From assembly GCA_951406725.2 (NCBI GenBank), contig OX597836.1:4526001-4590000 (forward strand): a DNA stretch of 64,000 nucleotides. The letters run 5' to 3'. The translations under genes and the position numbers were made by a program. Below are positions 47,011 through 57,450 of this stretch, piece after piece; positions within the stretch are counted from its first letter, which is position 1; the number at the start of each line of letters is the position of its first letter. Source of the stretch: Octopus vulgaris. Taxonomy: Eukaryota. The notes below the pieces were generated by a model that saw nothing but the letters and a program-made list of their open reading frames with translations, was not told the DNA's origin and searched no databases.

Positions 47011-48403
47011 AATAAGGAACTATGTTCGGTTCGTTCGGTTAAACCATTTCAAGCGTTGCATGGCCACAGTCTTATGAACGACACTAGGAGATTGTAAAAG
47101 ATTAGAAATATCAAAAATATATGCATACATAGAAAGAAACGGAGATAAAGAGAAAGAAGATCAGAGTGTGCTGACTATGGAAGCCATTCGTTTTATTTTT
47201 TTATGTAGATGATGTTTGGACACAGATGTGTATTATGTGATATTACTTGGTTATGTCTACAGTTTAAAGTAATATCTTTGAGACGAGACAAATCAGGAAT
47301 AGAATTCTGAAACAACACCTGTTGTTTATGACAGTCTGTTGCGAAAGTATTTTAGTTGAGAATAAGTATTCGTCTGAAGCAATTTTCTTTCCTGTTATTC
47401 TTAAGAATTGTTTGTGTTCAATACAAGTATTTAGTTATTGTTTGTCATTTTAAAAGTTGCGTCCGATTATATAATTCATAATCTAAGTGAAGTGATTGAA
47501 ATATTTAGGTTTTTCTATAGTTACTTTGAAACATCTTCGAAATCGTTGCCGTTGTCGTTTCTGAGTTATTGATTATGTTCGTCGGCTGCCGACATCCTGA
47601 TCTCATTCTAAAAATATATTCGATTTCTGTGAGCACAAGCAACGTGGGTTCGATATGCACACTACTTGAAATGTCTTCCAAAATCCATTGTACCCGAGGC
47701 ATTAATGTGTTGAATTAATGGCAGTTTGGTATTGCAGATTTTGTCACATTTTCTGTGTTAAAAGAAATCCAAAATGGCAGTCAGGAAGATTTGAACCCAC
47801 ATATGGAATTTGAACTCAAAATGAAAATCGGTCGAAGAAATAGCCCAAAGTGACTTGTCCGATATTCTTAAAAATTCCCCCGACCCGCGGCCTTGGACAT
47901 CTAATTTATTTGCCGTATCAGATAGAATGCACGAGAATTTCTTTTTCTACGGGGATTGAAATCAATATATCAGAATAAATATCTGCCACTGAATTATAGG
48001 TGACTCTGTAATGCCGTTGCCATTTTACTGTCTTGCATTCTCCAGTTCTAATGGAATAAATAAATGGCTAAATAAATAACATCTCAGGCTGACCATAAAG
48101 TAAGAAGAATGGGATTGATAAATGCGCCAATATGAACTATATCCAAACGTATTTACTTCAAATGATCAGAACTCTTCTGCATATATGCTACGACGGAAAT
48201 TATATATATATATATATATATAGATATATATATATATATGGGTGTGTGTGATTGTGTATAGAAGAATATATTAATAAAAAGAATTCCAACCTTGTCTGAT
48301 TTTCACGTTTTATTTACAATCTTATAATGATATATTATAAGATAATATATTATAATTGAATAAAATAAAATGAAATAGTAGAATGTTAAATATTCATTCT
48401 GAT

Positions 48404-48448
48404 TGAACTAGTACTTTCATGCATTGAATTCTGCAATCTTCGGGTTCA
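48404..48448 (-). ncRNA. Minimal type I hammerhead ribozyme (variant core) in the PLE pseudo-LTR
   Basis: Minus strand UGAAC-CCGAAGA-UUGCA gaauucaa UGCAU-GAAA-GUAC-UA-GUUCA: stem I 5 bp, stem II 4 bp, palindromic stem III AGUACU, triplet CUA. Repeated at 52678-52722 (C3U variant), 56912-56956 and 61185-61229. Confidence 0.7.
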
Positions 48449-48942
48449 TGTAGTAGTGTTGACAGTCATGCTTCGCAATTTTTGACTGTAGCAAGATGAG
48501 TGATTCTGTGCTATAAATACAGCTGGGTAGGCTCCAGAGTGCTAGGTTTTGCAAACTGTATTCTGACCAATCAGTGTGTAGTATCACTCAATTACTTAAG
48601 CTGATTGGTTGGTTGAGCTGATTGGTTTAGGCATCATGCTTTGTTGGACAGGTCAAGAGTCCTGTATCTTGACCCTGGCCGAAGCAGCAATTGTTGGGTT
48701 ATTTTTAGAAATGTTGTAAATATCCTTTGTCAGAGATTTTTATATTTTTATATTTCAATTGTCATCATCATCATTGTCAGCACCTTAATTATTGTTGCTA
48801 GTGGTGATGGTGGTGGCAATAGAACTTTTAACCCTAAATAAGATAATTTTCCTGCTATCTTCGTCTTGATCACCTTTAGTATTGTTGTTGTTGTTAGTGG
48901 TCATGGTCGTAGCAGTGGAAGTAATACCTCTAAGTATTATTA

Positions 48943-51900
48943 TTATTGCTTATTTAGCTTGGGTTCGAATTTATCAATAAAATTCTTTTCTCTGATTTTC
49001 CTCTCGATTTCACTTGGGCTGTGTAATTTGTAGAATGGAAATATTATATATATTTTCCGACCACATGTTGCTAGGTGGTTACTCAAAGGTATCTGACGGA
49101 CCTCTGGGTCTCTAATCTGTTGCCGGTGTACACGTGAGCGTTCTAATAGTGCGTTTCCCGTCTGACCTACATATATTTCTTCACAATTTGGGCATTTGAT
49201 GCAGTAAATTAAATTTCTGCTTTTGCAGTTCATATTCGCGTTTGTGAATATTTTTCCGGTTTTTGTGTTTATATATTGACCGGTATGTATGAATTGGCAT
49301 GTGCCACATCGGCTATCATTGCATTTAGATACCGTGAATGTTTGGTCTTTGTTGCTGAGGTCAAATTTTGCCTTTGTTAGTAATGTTTTCAAGTTTTTAG
49401 GCTGTCTTTTACTAAGCACCATAGCTCGATCCTTGATTATGTCTTTTAATTCATTACTTTGGGCAATGATTGGAAGGTTTGCTTTGGCAATGTTGAAGAT
49501 ATTCTGGTGACATGGGTTGTGTGTCACTATGAATGGTATGACTTGTTCTTGTTTTCCTCTTCCTTGGGTTGTCCTAAGTTGTTGTATAGGTATTTTTATA
49601 GCCCGCTGTATGCCATTTTCTATAAGTAGAGATGGGTATTTTTGTTTGAGCAAAAATTCTCTTAGTTCTATTAGGCGTTTGTTCCTGATATTTGCATCTT
49701 CTACAATAGTACAAATTCTTCTGGCTAGGCAGTATGGGATGTTACGTTTTGTATGTGGTGGATGGCACGACTTAAAATTTAGGTATTGATGTGTGTCTGT
49801 GTGTTTATAGTATATATCTGTGGTGATGGTGGTGTCTTTTTTAATTACCATTATATCCAGGAATGGTAATTTGGTACTACTCATCTCCTTTGTAAATTTG
49901 AGAGATGGGTGTAGGTTGTTCAGGAGGATATTGAACTCTTCCAGAGTATTTAGAGATTCTGTCCAGATTATGAAACAGTCGTCTAGGTATCTCTTCCATG
50001 CCTTTTCAATATACTTTCTAAATCCAGTGCCATAGTTTACCTCCACCTCTTGGTAGAGTTGTTCTTCTAAGTATCCCATTACAGAGTTGGCGTAAACGGG
50101 AGCAAACCTCGTTCCCATCGCCGTGCCTCTAATTTGGATGTAATTCTTTCCATTGAAGAAGAATGTGTTATTTTCTAGAATAAGTTTGACTGTGTCTAAT
50201 ATAAATGGCACTGTGAATCTGCTGGGAATCACTTCTCTATGTTTTTCTAACCAGTATTTAATCGCCTTTATTCCTAAATCGTGTGGAATATTGGTGTAGA
50301 GGCTTACCACATCAAAACTTAGCAAAACTGAATTTGTTTCTGTTGTTTTGGGAAGATGGGACAGGAAGTCGATGTCATCCCTGATGAAACTTGGTATGTA
50401 AGTACATAGTGGTTTCAAAACAATGTCAATAAAATTGCTTAGACGGTGTGTAGGGCATGCTGGACCAGCTATAATAGGTCTAAGTTTTAGGTCTTTTGGA
50501 TGTAATAATTTTATGTACTCACTTTCTTGTTCTTTTACTGCCTGTTGAATGTTTTTTGATTTGTGTATTTTTGGTAAGCCGTAGAAGTTGCTGGGTTTTG
50601 GTTCAAAATTGGTGATGTAGTCTTTTTCATTATCCGTAAGTGAGTTGTGGTGTGTTGAAATCAGGTTGTTGATCTTTTTCATGATGTGGTGGTCTATATT
50701 TGCGGGTATTTCACAATAGAAGGTTGTATCCTTCAGTTGGTCTTCAACCAAATCCTTATAGTATTCGGTATCCATAATAACAATTGCACCACCTTTATCT
50801 GCTTGTTTAATTATTATTGTTTGATCGTTTTGTATACGTTTACATGCAGACATCTCTGATTTGCTAATGTTTGGCCTAACATTGGTATTGCGTCTAAGGG
50901 GAAATTTAGACAGGATATCAATGTATTGGTCAAGGTAGTTATTTCTTCCTTTTGGTGGGGTGAAATTTGATTTATTCCTTACTAGGGATTCATCAATCTC
51001 ATTACTTTTGTTAGCGAAGAATTCTACAAGTCGTAATTTTCGACAGAATTTTTGGATATCCTCCTTTAATTCTTGGTGGTTGGCTGTTGGTGTAGGTGTG
51101 AATTTCAGTCCTTTTGACAGAAGTTGGATTTCATCATTGTCAAGATCTCTTTTTGATAAATTAATTATTTTAGGATCTATACGTTCAGTTGTTTGGGGTA
51201 TGTTTCCTCTTGGATTTTTTTCTTTCTCCGGTGTTTGTTGTCCTGACGTAAAAAAATGGATTTTTTTCTGGTTATGATTTATATTCCTGTTGATGTTTGC
51301 TTGATGAATTTTGCGTTTTGGTTGTGGTACTTTACTTGGTTTCGTTATGTTTTCTGTCTTGTTTTTGGTATTATGTATGCTACTTTTCAATTTCTTGTTA
51401 GCATTGTTTTTAACCACCTGGAGAAATGATCTGGGTTTACTTCTAGATCTAGATCGGTTTTTTGTCCAGTTTCTTGTGGGTAATCTCTGTTGAGGTCTTG
51501 AAAATGATCTCCTGTTATTTCTACTGCTAATGGTTTGTTCAAAACAATATCTATTTTGTTTGTGCTTTTTGTTCATGTTGTGTGCATTAGGGTGTTTGCA
51601 TACAAAATGGGAAGAGTTCTTACCGTAGTTCGTCTTCGATTCGTGGTGAAACGGGTGTTCATGTTGCCACGTGTTCTGGTGTATGTTGCGTTGGTGAGGT
51701 TGTCCACTTTTAATGCTATTTCTCGGAGTTCTGGTGTCTTTACCGTAATTTGTAGCATATTTGTCGAGAAATAATTGTTTCCGCTGCCAAAACTTTCTTG
51801 ATCTGCTTTCTTCTTTTGAGATATCTCTGATCCATAGTTCTCGCATTTTTTCTGCTATATTGCCGGTCGTTAGTTTGGATATTTCATCTCTGATTTGATC

Positions 51901-52470
51901 ATCGATAGCTTCGTATTTGGCTTTGTAGCGGGATTGTTTAGACAGGGTAATGGAGATGTCGGTCCTGAATTTTATCAAACTAAGGTCCCATCGAAGTTTA
52001 GTTTCTTCCTCTGGTTCTCCTGCAATTTCTTTAATTAGGTACTTCCGAGGAAGTATGGGTGCCGCTGAAGATATCCATTTCGAATGTATTTCAGCATATT
52101 TTTCGCATTTATATGCCTTCCAGAAGTTTTGTTTTCTTATGTTAAGGAGTTTTTTCCATGTCTTCTGTATCTCTTCTCTTTTTCGGTGTGCCTCTTTTTC
52201 CAGATTTCTTTCGTTTATTTCTGACATCCAAGGAGGTTGTGGTAGGCTTTCTCTTGTAGATTTTATAATTGTTGGTATCATTTCAGCTAAATTCTTAATT
52301 TCAGAGTTTATGTGTTCATTTCCAAGTTTTCCGTCTGTAGACTGTTTTTCTATTTCCTTTAAAATAGAGGATTGTGTGTCAATCATCGTGATGAGTGTTG
52401 ATAATTTCGATGAAATTTCCATTAGAATTCTTTCGGATTCTGTTAATTTTGTTTGTTGCTTTCCAGACAT
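48943..52470 (-). CDS. PLE copy 1 fused polyprotein (1175 aa from MSGKQQ): coiled-coil/basic N-terminus + reverse transcriptase + Zn linker + GIY-YIG endonuclease
   Basis: Motifs ADKGG, FYGLPKIHK, LRPII, SFDVVSLYTNIP, GTAMGTRFAP, RYLDDCF, LPFLDI, YLNFKSCHP, CNDSRCGTC, NLIYCIKCPNC..YVGQT..R...H, PKLN. The fusion depends on a T7 run at 51215-51221 that is T6 in the other three copies. Confidence 0.85.
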   Translation of the reverse strand: MSGKQQTKLTESERILMEISSKLSTLITMIDTQSSILKEIEKQSTDGKLGNEHINSEIKNLAEMIPTIIKSTRESLPQPPWMSEINERNLEKEAHRKREEIQKTWKKLLNIRKQNFWKAYKCEKYAEIHSKWISSAAPILPRKYLIKEIAGEPEEETKLRWDLSLIKFRTDISITLSKQSRYKAKYEAIDDQIRDEISKLTTGNIAEKMRELWIRDISKEESRSRKFWQRKQLFLDKYATNYGKDTRTPRNSIKSGQPHQRNIHQNTWQHEHPFHHESKTNYGKNSSHFVCKHPNAHNMNKKHKQNRYCFEQTISSRNNRRSFSRPQQRLPTRNWTKNRSRSRSKPRSFLQVVKNNANKKLKSSIHNTKNKTENITKPSKVPQPKRKIHQANINRNINHNQKKIHFFTSGQQTPEKEKNPRGNIPQTTERIDPKIINLSKRDLDNDEIQLLSKGLKFTPTPTANHQELKEDIQKFCRKLRLVEFFANKSNEIDESLVRNKSNFTPPKGRNNYLDQYIDILSKFPLRRNTNVRPNISKSEMSACKRIQNDQTIIIKQADKGGAIVIMDTEYYKDLVEDQLKDTTFYCEIPANIDHHIMKKINNLISTHHNSLTDNEKDYITNFEPKPSNFYGLPKIHKSKNIQQAVKEQESEYIKLLHPKDLKLRPIIAGPACPTHRLSNFIDIVLKPLCTYIPSFIRDDIDFLSHLPKTTETNSVLLSFDVVSLYTNIPHDLGIKAIKYWLEKHREVIPSRFTVPFILDTVKLILENNTFFFNGKNYIQIRGTAMGTRFAPVYANSVMGYLEEQLYQEVEVNYGTGFRKYIEKAWKRYLDDCFIIWTESLNTLEEFNILLNNLHPSLKFTKEMSSTKLPFLDIMVIKKDTTITTDIYYKHTDTHQYLNFKSCHPPHTKRNIPYCLARRICTIVEDANIRNKRLIELREFLLKQKYPSLLIENGIQRAIKIPIQQLRTTQGRGKQEQVIPFIVTHNPCHQNIFNIAKANLPIIAQSNELKDIIKDRAMVLSKRQPKNLKTLLTKAKFDLSNKDQTFTVSKCNDSRCGTCQFIHTGQYINTKTGKIFTNANMNCKSRNLIYCIKCPNCEEIYVGQTGNALLERSRVHRQQIRDPEVRQIPLSNHLATCGRKIYIIFPFYKLHSPSEIERKIREKNFIDKFEPKLNKQ

Positions 52471-52763
52471 GTTGGCATATACACAATAGGAATATAGATA
52501 TATATATATATATGGGTGTGTGTGATTGTGTATAGAAGAATATATTAATAAAAAGAATTCCAACCTTGTCTGATTTTCACGTTTTATTTACAATCTTATA
52601 ATGATATATTATAAGATAATATATTATAATTGAATAAAATAAAATGAAATAGTAGAATGTTAAATATTCATTCTGATTGAACTAGTACTTTCATGCATTG
52701 AATTCTGCAATCTTCGAGTTCATGTAGTAGTGTTGACAGTCATGCTTCGCAATTTTTGACTGT

Positions 52764-52904
52764 AGCAAGATGAGTGATTCTGTGCTATAAATACAGCTGG
52801 GTAGGCTCCAGAGTGCTAGGTTTTGCAAACTGTATTCTGACCAATCAGTGTGTAGTATCACTCAATTACTTAAGCTGATTGGTTGGTTGAGCTGATTGGT
52901 TTAG
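52764..52904 (-). promoter_or_regulatory. Putative Pol II promoter in the pseudo-LTR (three CCAAT boxes + TATTTATA), upstream of the hammerhead and the ORF1 ATG
   Basis: On the element sense strand: CCAATCAG twice, one reverse CCAAT, then TATTTATA about 31 nt before an Inr-like CAGT. Same module near 48490-48630, 57000-57140 and 61270-61410. Confidence 0.55.
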
Positions 52905-53216
52905 GCATCATGCTTTGTTGGACAGGTCAAGAGTCCTGTATCTTGACCCTGGCCGAAGCAGCAATTGTTGGGTTATTTTTAGAAATGTTGTAAATATCCT
53001 TTGTCAGAGATTTTTATATTTTTATATTTCAATTGTCATCATCATCATTGTCAGCACCTTAATTATTGTTGCTAGTGGTGATGGTGGTGGCAATAGAACT
53101 TTTAACCCTAAATAAGATAATTTTCCTGCTATCTTCGTCTTGATCACCTTTAGTATTGTTGTTGTTGTTAGTGGTCATGGTCGTAGCAGTGGAAGTAATA
53201 CCTCTAAGTATTATTA

Positions 53217-55546
53217 TTATTGCTTATTTAGCTTGGGTTCGAATTTATCAATAAAATTCTTTTCTCTGATTTTCCTCTCGATTTCACTTGGGCTGTGTAA
53301 TTTGTAGAATGGAAATATTATATATATTTTCCGACCACATGTTGCTAGGTGGTTACTCAAAGGTATCTGACGGACCTCTGGGTCTCTAATCTGTTGCCGG
53401 TGTACACGTGAGCGTTCTAATAGTGCGTTTCCCGTCTGACCTACATATATTTCTTCACAATTTGGGCATTTGATGCAGTAAATTAAATTTCTGCTTTTGC
53501 AGTTCATATTCGCGTTTGTGAATATTTTTCCGGTTTTTGTGTTTATATATTGACCGGTATGTATGAATTGGCATGTGCCACATCGGCTATCATTGCATTT
53601 AGATACCGTGAATGTTTGGTCTTTGTTGCTGAGGTCAAATTTTGCCTTTGTTAGTAATGTTTTCAAGTTTTTTAGGCTGTCTTTTACTAAGCACCATAGC
53701 TCGATCCTTGATTATGTCTTTTAATTCATTACTTTGGGCAATGATTGGAAGGTTTGCTTTGGCAATGTTGAAGATATTCTGGTGACATGGGTTGTGTGTC
53801 ACTATGAATGGTATGACTTGTTCTTGTTTTCCTCTTCCTTGGGTTGTCCTAAGTTGTTGTATAGGTATTTTTATAGCCCGCTGTATGCCATTTTCTATAA
53901 GTAGAGATGGGTATTTTTGTTTGAGCAAAAATTCTCTTAGTTCTATTAGGCGTTTGTTCCTGATATTTGCATCTTCTACAATAGTACAAATTCTTCTGGC
54001 TAGGCAGTATGGGATGTTACGTTTTGTATGTGGTGGATGGCACGACTTAAAATTTAGGTATTGATGTGTGTCTGTGTGTTTATAGTATATATCTGTGGTG
54101 ATGGTGGTGTCTTTTTTAATTACCATTATATCCAGGAATGGTAATTTGGTACTACTCATCTCCTTTGTAAATTTGAGAGATGGGTGTAGGTTGTTCAGGA
54201 GGATATTGAACTCTTCCAGAGTATTTAGAGATTCTGTCCAGATTATGAAACAGTCGTCTAGGTATCTCTTCCATGCCTTTTCAATATACTTTCTAAATCC
54301 AGTGCCATAGTTTACCTCCACCTCTTGGTAGAGTTGTTCTTCTAAGTATCCCATTACAGAGTTGGCGTAAACGGGAGCAAGCCTCGTTCCCATCGCCGTG
54401 CCTCTAATTTGGATGTAATTCTTTCCATTGAAGAAGAATGTGTTATTTTCTAGAATAAGTTTGACTGTGTCTAATATAAATGGCACTGTGAATCTGCTGG
54501 GAATCACTTCTCTATGTTTTTCTAACCAGTATTTAATCGCCTTTATTCCTAAATCGTGTGGAATATTGGTGTAGAGGCTTACCACATCAAAACTTAGCAA
54601 AACTGAATTTGTTTCTGTTGTTTTGGGAAGATGGGACAGGAAGTCGATGTCATCCCTGATGAAACTTGGTATGTAAGTACATAGTGGTTTCAAAACAATG
54701 TCAATAAAATTGCTTAGACGGTGTGTAGGGCATGCTGGACCAGCTATAATAGGTCTAAGTTTTAGGTCTTTTGGATGTAATAATTTTATGTACTCACTTT
54801 CTTGTTCTTTTACTGCCTGTTGAATGTTTTTTGATTTGTGTATTTTTGGTAAGCCGTAGAAGTTGCTGGGTTTTGGTTCAAAATTGGTGATGTAGTCTTT
54901 TTTCATTATCCGTAAGTGAGTTGTGGTGTGTTGAAATCAGGTTGTTGATCTTTTTCATGATGTGGTGGTCTATATTTGCGGGTATTTCACAATAGAAGGT
55001 TGTATCCTTCAGTTGGTCTTCAACCAAATCCTTATAGTATTCGGTATCCATAATAACAATTGCACCACCTTTATCTGCTTGTTTAATTATTATTGTTTGA
55101 TCGTTTTGTATACGTTTACATGCAGACATCTCTGATTTGCTAATGTTTGGCCTAACATTGGTATTGCGTCTAAGGGGAAATTTAGACAGGATATCAATGT
55201 ATTGGTCAAGGTAGTTATTTCTTCCTTTTGGTGGGGTGAAATTTGATTTATTCCTTACTAGGGATTCATCAATCTCATTACTTTTGTTAGCGAAGAATTC
55301 TACAAGTCGTAATTTTCGACAGAATTTTTGGATATCCTCCTTTAATTCTTGGTGGTTGGCTGTTGGTGTAGGTGTGAATTTCAGTCCTTTTGACAGAAGT
55401 TGGATTTCATCATTGTCAAGATCTCTTTTTGATAAATTAATTATTTTAGGATCTATACGTTCAGTTGTTTGGGGTATGTTTCCTCTTGGATTTTTTCTTT
55501 CTCCGGTGTTTGTTGTCCTGACGTAAAAAAATGGATTTTTTTCTGG
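53217..55546 (-). pseudogene. PLE copy 2 RT-EN ORF2 broken by two +1 homopolymer indels
   Basis: T6 instead of T5 at 53668-53673 and 54898-54903; F>L change in GTRLAP. Could be assembly error. Confidence 0.8.
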
Positions 55547-56745
55547 TTATGATTTATATTCCTGTTGATGTTTGCTTGATGAATTTTGCGTTTTGGTTGT
55601 GGTACTTTACTTGGTTTCGTTATGTTTTCTGTCTTGTTTTTGGTATTATGTATGCTACTTTTCAATTTCTTGTTAGCATTGTTTTTAACCACCTGGAGAA
55701 ATGATCTGGGTTTACTTCTAGATCTAGATCGGTTTTTTGTCCAGTTTCTTGTGGGTAATCTCTGTTGAGGTCTTGAAAATGATCTCCTGTTATTTCTACT
55801 GCTAATGGTTTGTTCAAAACAATATCTATTTTGTTTGTGCTTTTTGTTCATGTTGTGTGCATTAGGGTGTTTGCATACAAAATGGGAAGAGTTCTTACCG
55901 TAGTTCGTCTTCGATTCGTGGTGAAACGGGTGTTCATGTTGCCACGTGTTCTGGTGTATGTTGCGTTGGTGAGGTTGTCCACTTTTAATGCTATTTCTCG
56001 GAGTTCTGGTGTCTTTACCGTAATTTGTAGCATATTTGTCGAGAAATAATTGTTTCCGCTGCCAAAACTTTCTTGATCTGCTTTCTTCTTTTGAGATATC
56101 TCTGATCCATAGTTCTCGCATTTTTTCTGCTATATTGCCGGTCGTTAGTTTGGATATTTCATCTCTGATTTGATCATCGATAGCTTCGTATTTGGCTTTG
56201 TAGCGGGATTGTTTAGACAGGGTAATGGAGATGTCGGTCCTGAATTTTATCAAACTAAGGTCCCATCGAAGTTTAGTTTCTTCCTCTGGTTCTCCTGCAA
56301 TTTCTTTAATTAGGTACTTCCGAGGAAGTATGGGTGCCGCTGAAGATATCCATTTCGAATGTATTTCAGCATATTTTTCGCATTTATATGCCTTCCAGAA
56401 GTTTTGTTTTCTTATGTTAAGGAGTTTTTTCCATGTCTTCTGTATCTCTTCTCTTTTTCGGTGTGCCTCTTTTTCCAGATTTCTTTCGTTTATTTCTGAC
56501 ATCCAAGGAGGTTGTGGTAGGCTTTCTCTTGTAGATTTTATAATTGTTGGTATCATTTCAGCTAAATTCTTAATTTCAGAGTTTATGTGTTCATTTCCAA
56601 GTTTTCCGTCTGTAGACTGTTTTTCTATTTCCTTTAAAATAGAGGATTGTGTGTCAATCATCGTGATGAGTGTTGATAATTTCGATGAAATTTCCATTAG
56701 AATTCTTTCGGATTCTGTTAATTTTGTTTGTTGCTTTCCAGACAT
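55453..56745 (-). CDS. PLE copy 2 ORF1 (430 aa, predicted helical/coiled-coil N-terminus, R/S/K/N-rich C-terminus)
   Basis: ATG MSGKQQ to stop ...KQLNV*. Same sequence as the N-terminus of copy 1 up to the A6 run. Confidence 0.75.
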   Translation of the reverse strand: MSGKQQTKLTESERILMEISSKLSTLITMIDTQSSILKEIEKQSTDGKLGNEHINSEIKNLAEMIPTIIKSTRESLPQPPWMSEINERNLEKEAHRKREEIQKTWKKLLNIRKQNFWKAYKCEKYAEIHSKWISSAAPILPRKYLIKEIAGEPEEETKLRWDLSLIKFRTDISITLSKQSRYKAKYEAIDDQIRDEISKLTTGNIAEKMRELWIRDISKEESRSRKFWQRKQLFLDKYATNYGKDTRTPRNSIKSGQPHQRNIHQNTWQHEHPFHHESKTNYGKNSSHFVCKHPNAHNMNKKHKQNRYCFEQTISSRNNRRSFSRPQQRLPTRNWTKNRSRSRSKPRSFLQVVKNNANKKLKSSIHNTKNKTENITKPSKVPQPKRKIHQANINRNINHNQKKIHFFTSGQQTPEKEKIQEETYPKQLNV

Positions 56746-57450
56746 GTTGGCATATACACTTGTGTATAGAAGAATATATTAATAAAAAGAATTCCAACCT
56801 TGTCTGATTTTCACGTTTTATTTACAATCTTATAATGATATATTATAAGATAATATATTATAATTGAATAAAATAAAATGAAATAGTAGAATGTTAAATA
56901 TTCATTCTGATTGAACTAGTACTTTCATGCATTGAATTCTGCAATCTTCGGGTTCATGTAGTAGTGTTGACAGTCATGCTTCGCAATTTTTGACTGTAGC
57001 AAGATGAGTGATTCTGTGCTATAAATACAGCTGGGTAGGCTCCAGAGTGCTAGGTTTTGCAAACTGTATTCTGACCAATCAGTGTGTAGTATCACTCAAT
57101 TACTTAAGCTGATTGGTTGGTTGAGCTGATTGGTTTAGGCATCATGCTTTGTTGGACAGGTCAAGAGTCCTGTATCTTGACCCTGGCCGAAGCAGCAATT
57201 GTTGGGTTATTTTTAGAAATGTTGTAAATATCCTTTGTCAGAGATTTTTATATTTTTATATTTCAATTGTCATCATCATCATTGTCAGCACCTTAATTAT
57301 TGTTGCTAGTGGTGATGGTGGTGGCAATAGAACTTTTAACCCTAAATAAGATAATTTTCCTGCTATCTTCGTCTTGATCACCTTTAGTATTGTTGTTGTT
57401 GTTAGTGGTCATGGTCGTAGCAGTGGAAGTAATACCTCTAAGTATTATTA

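Noticed and set aside
48943-52470. Selenoprotein-type (Naiad) recoding
   Set aside because: No in-frame TGA in the RT-EN frame and no SECIS recognised.
49289-52489. Antisense ORFs within the PLE (60-185 aa)
   Set aside because: Shadow frames of an A-rich coding strand; recur only because the unit is repeated.
52485-52525. Spliced intron explaining the shorter second unit
   Set aside because: No GT..AG boundaries on the element strand; better explained as a hairpin deletion.
52471-52563. 31-aa N-terminal extension (MEFFLLIY...) in the ORF track
   Set aside because: Starts at TTG, crosses the TA tract and is disrupted in copy 2. The ATG of MSGKQQ is the plausible start.
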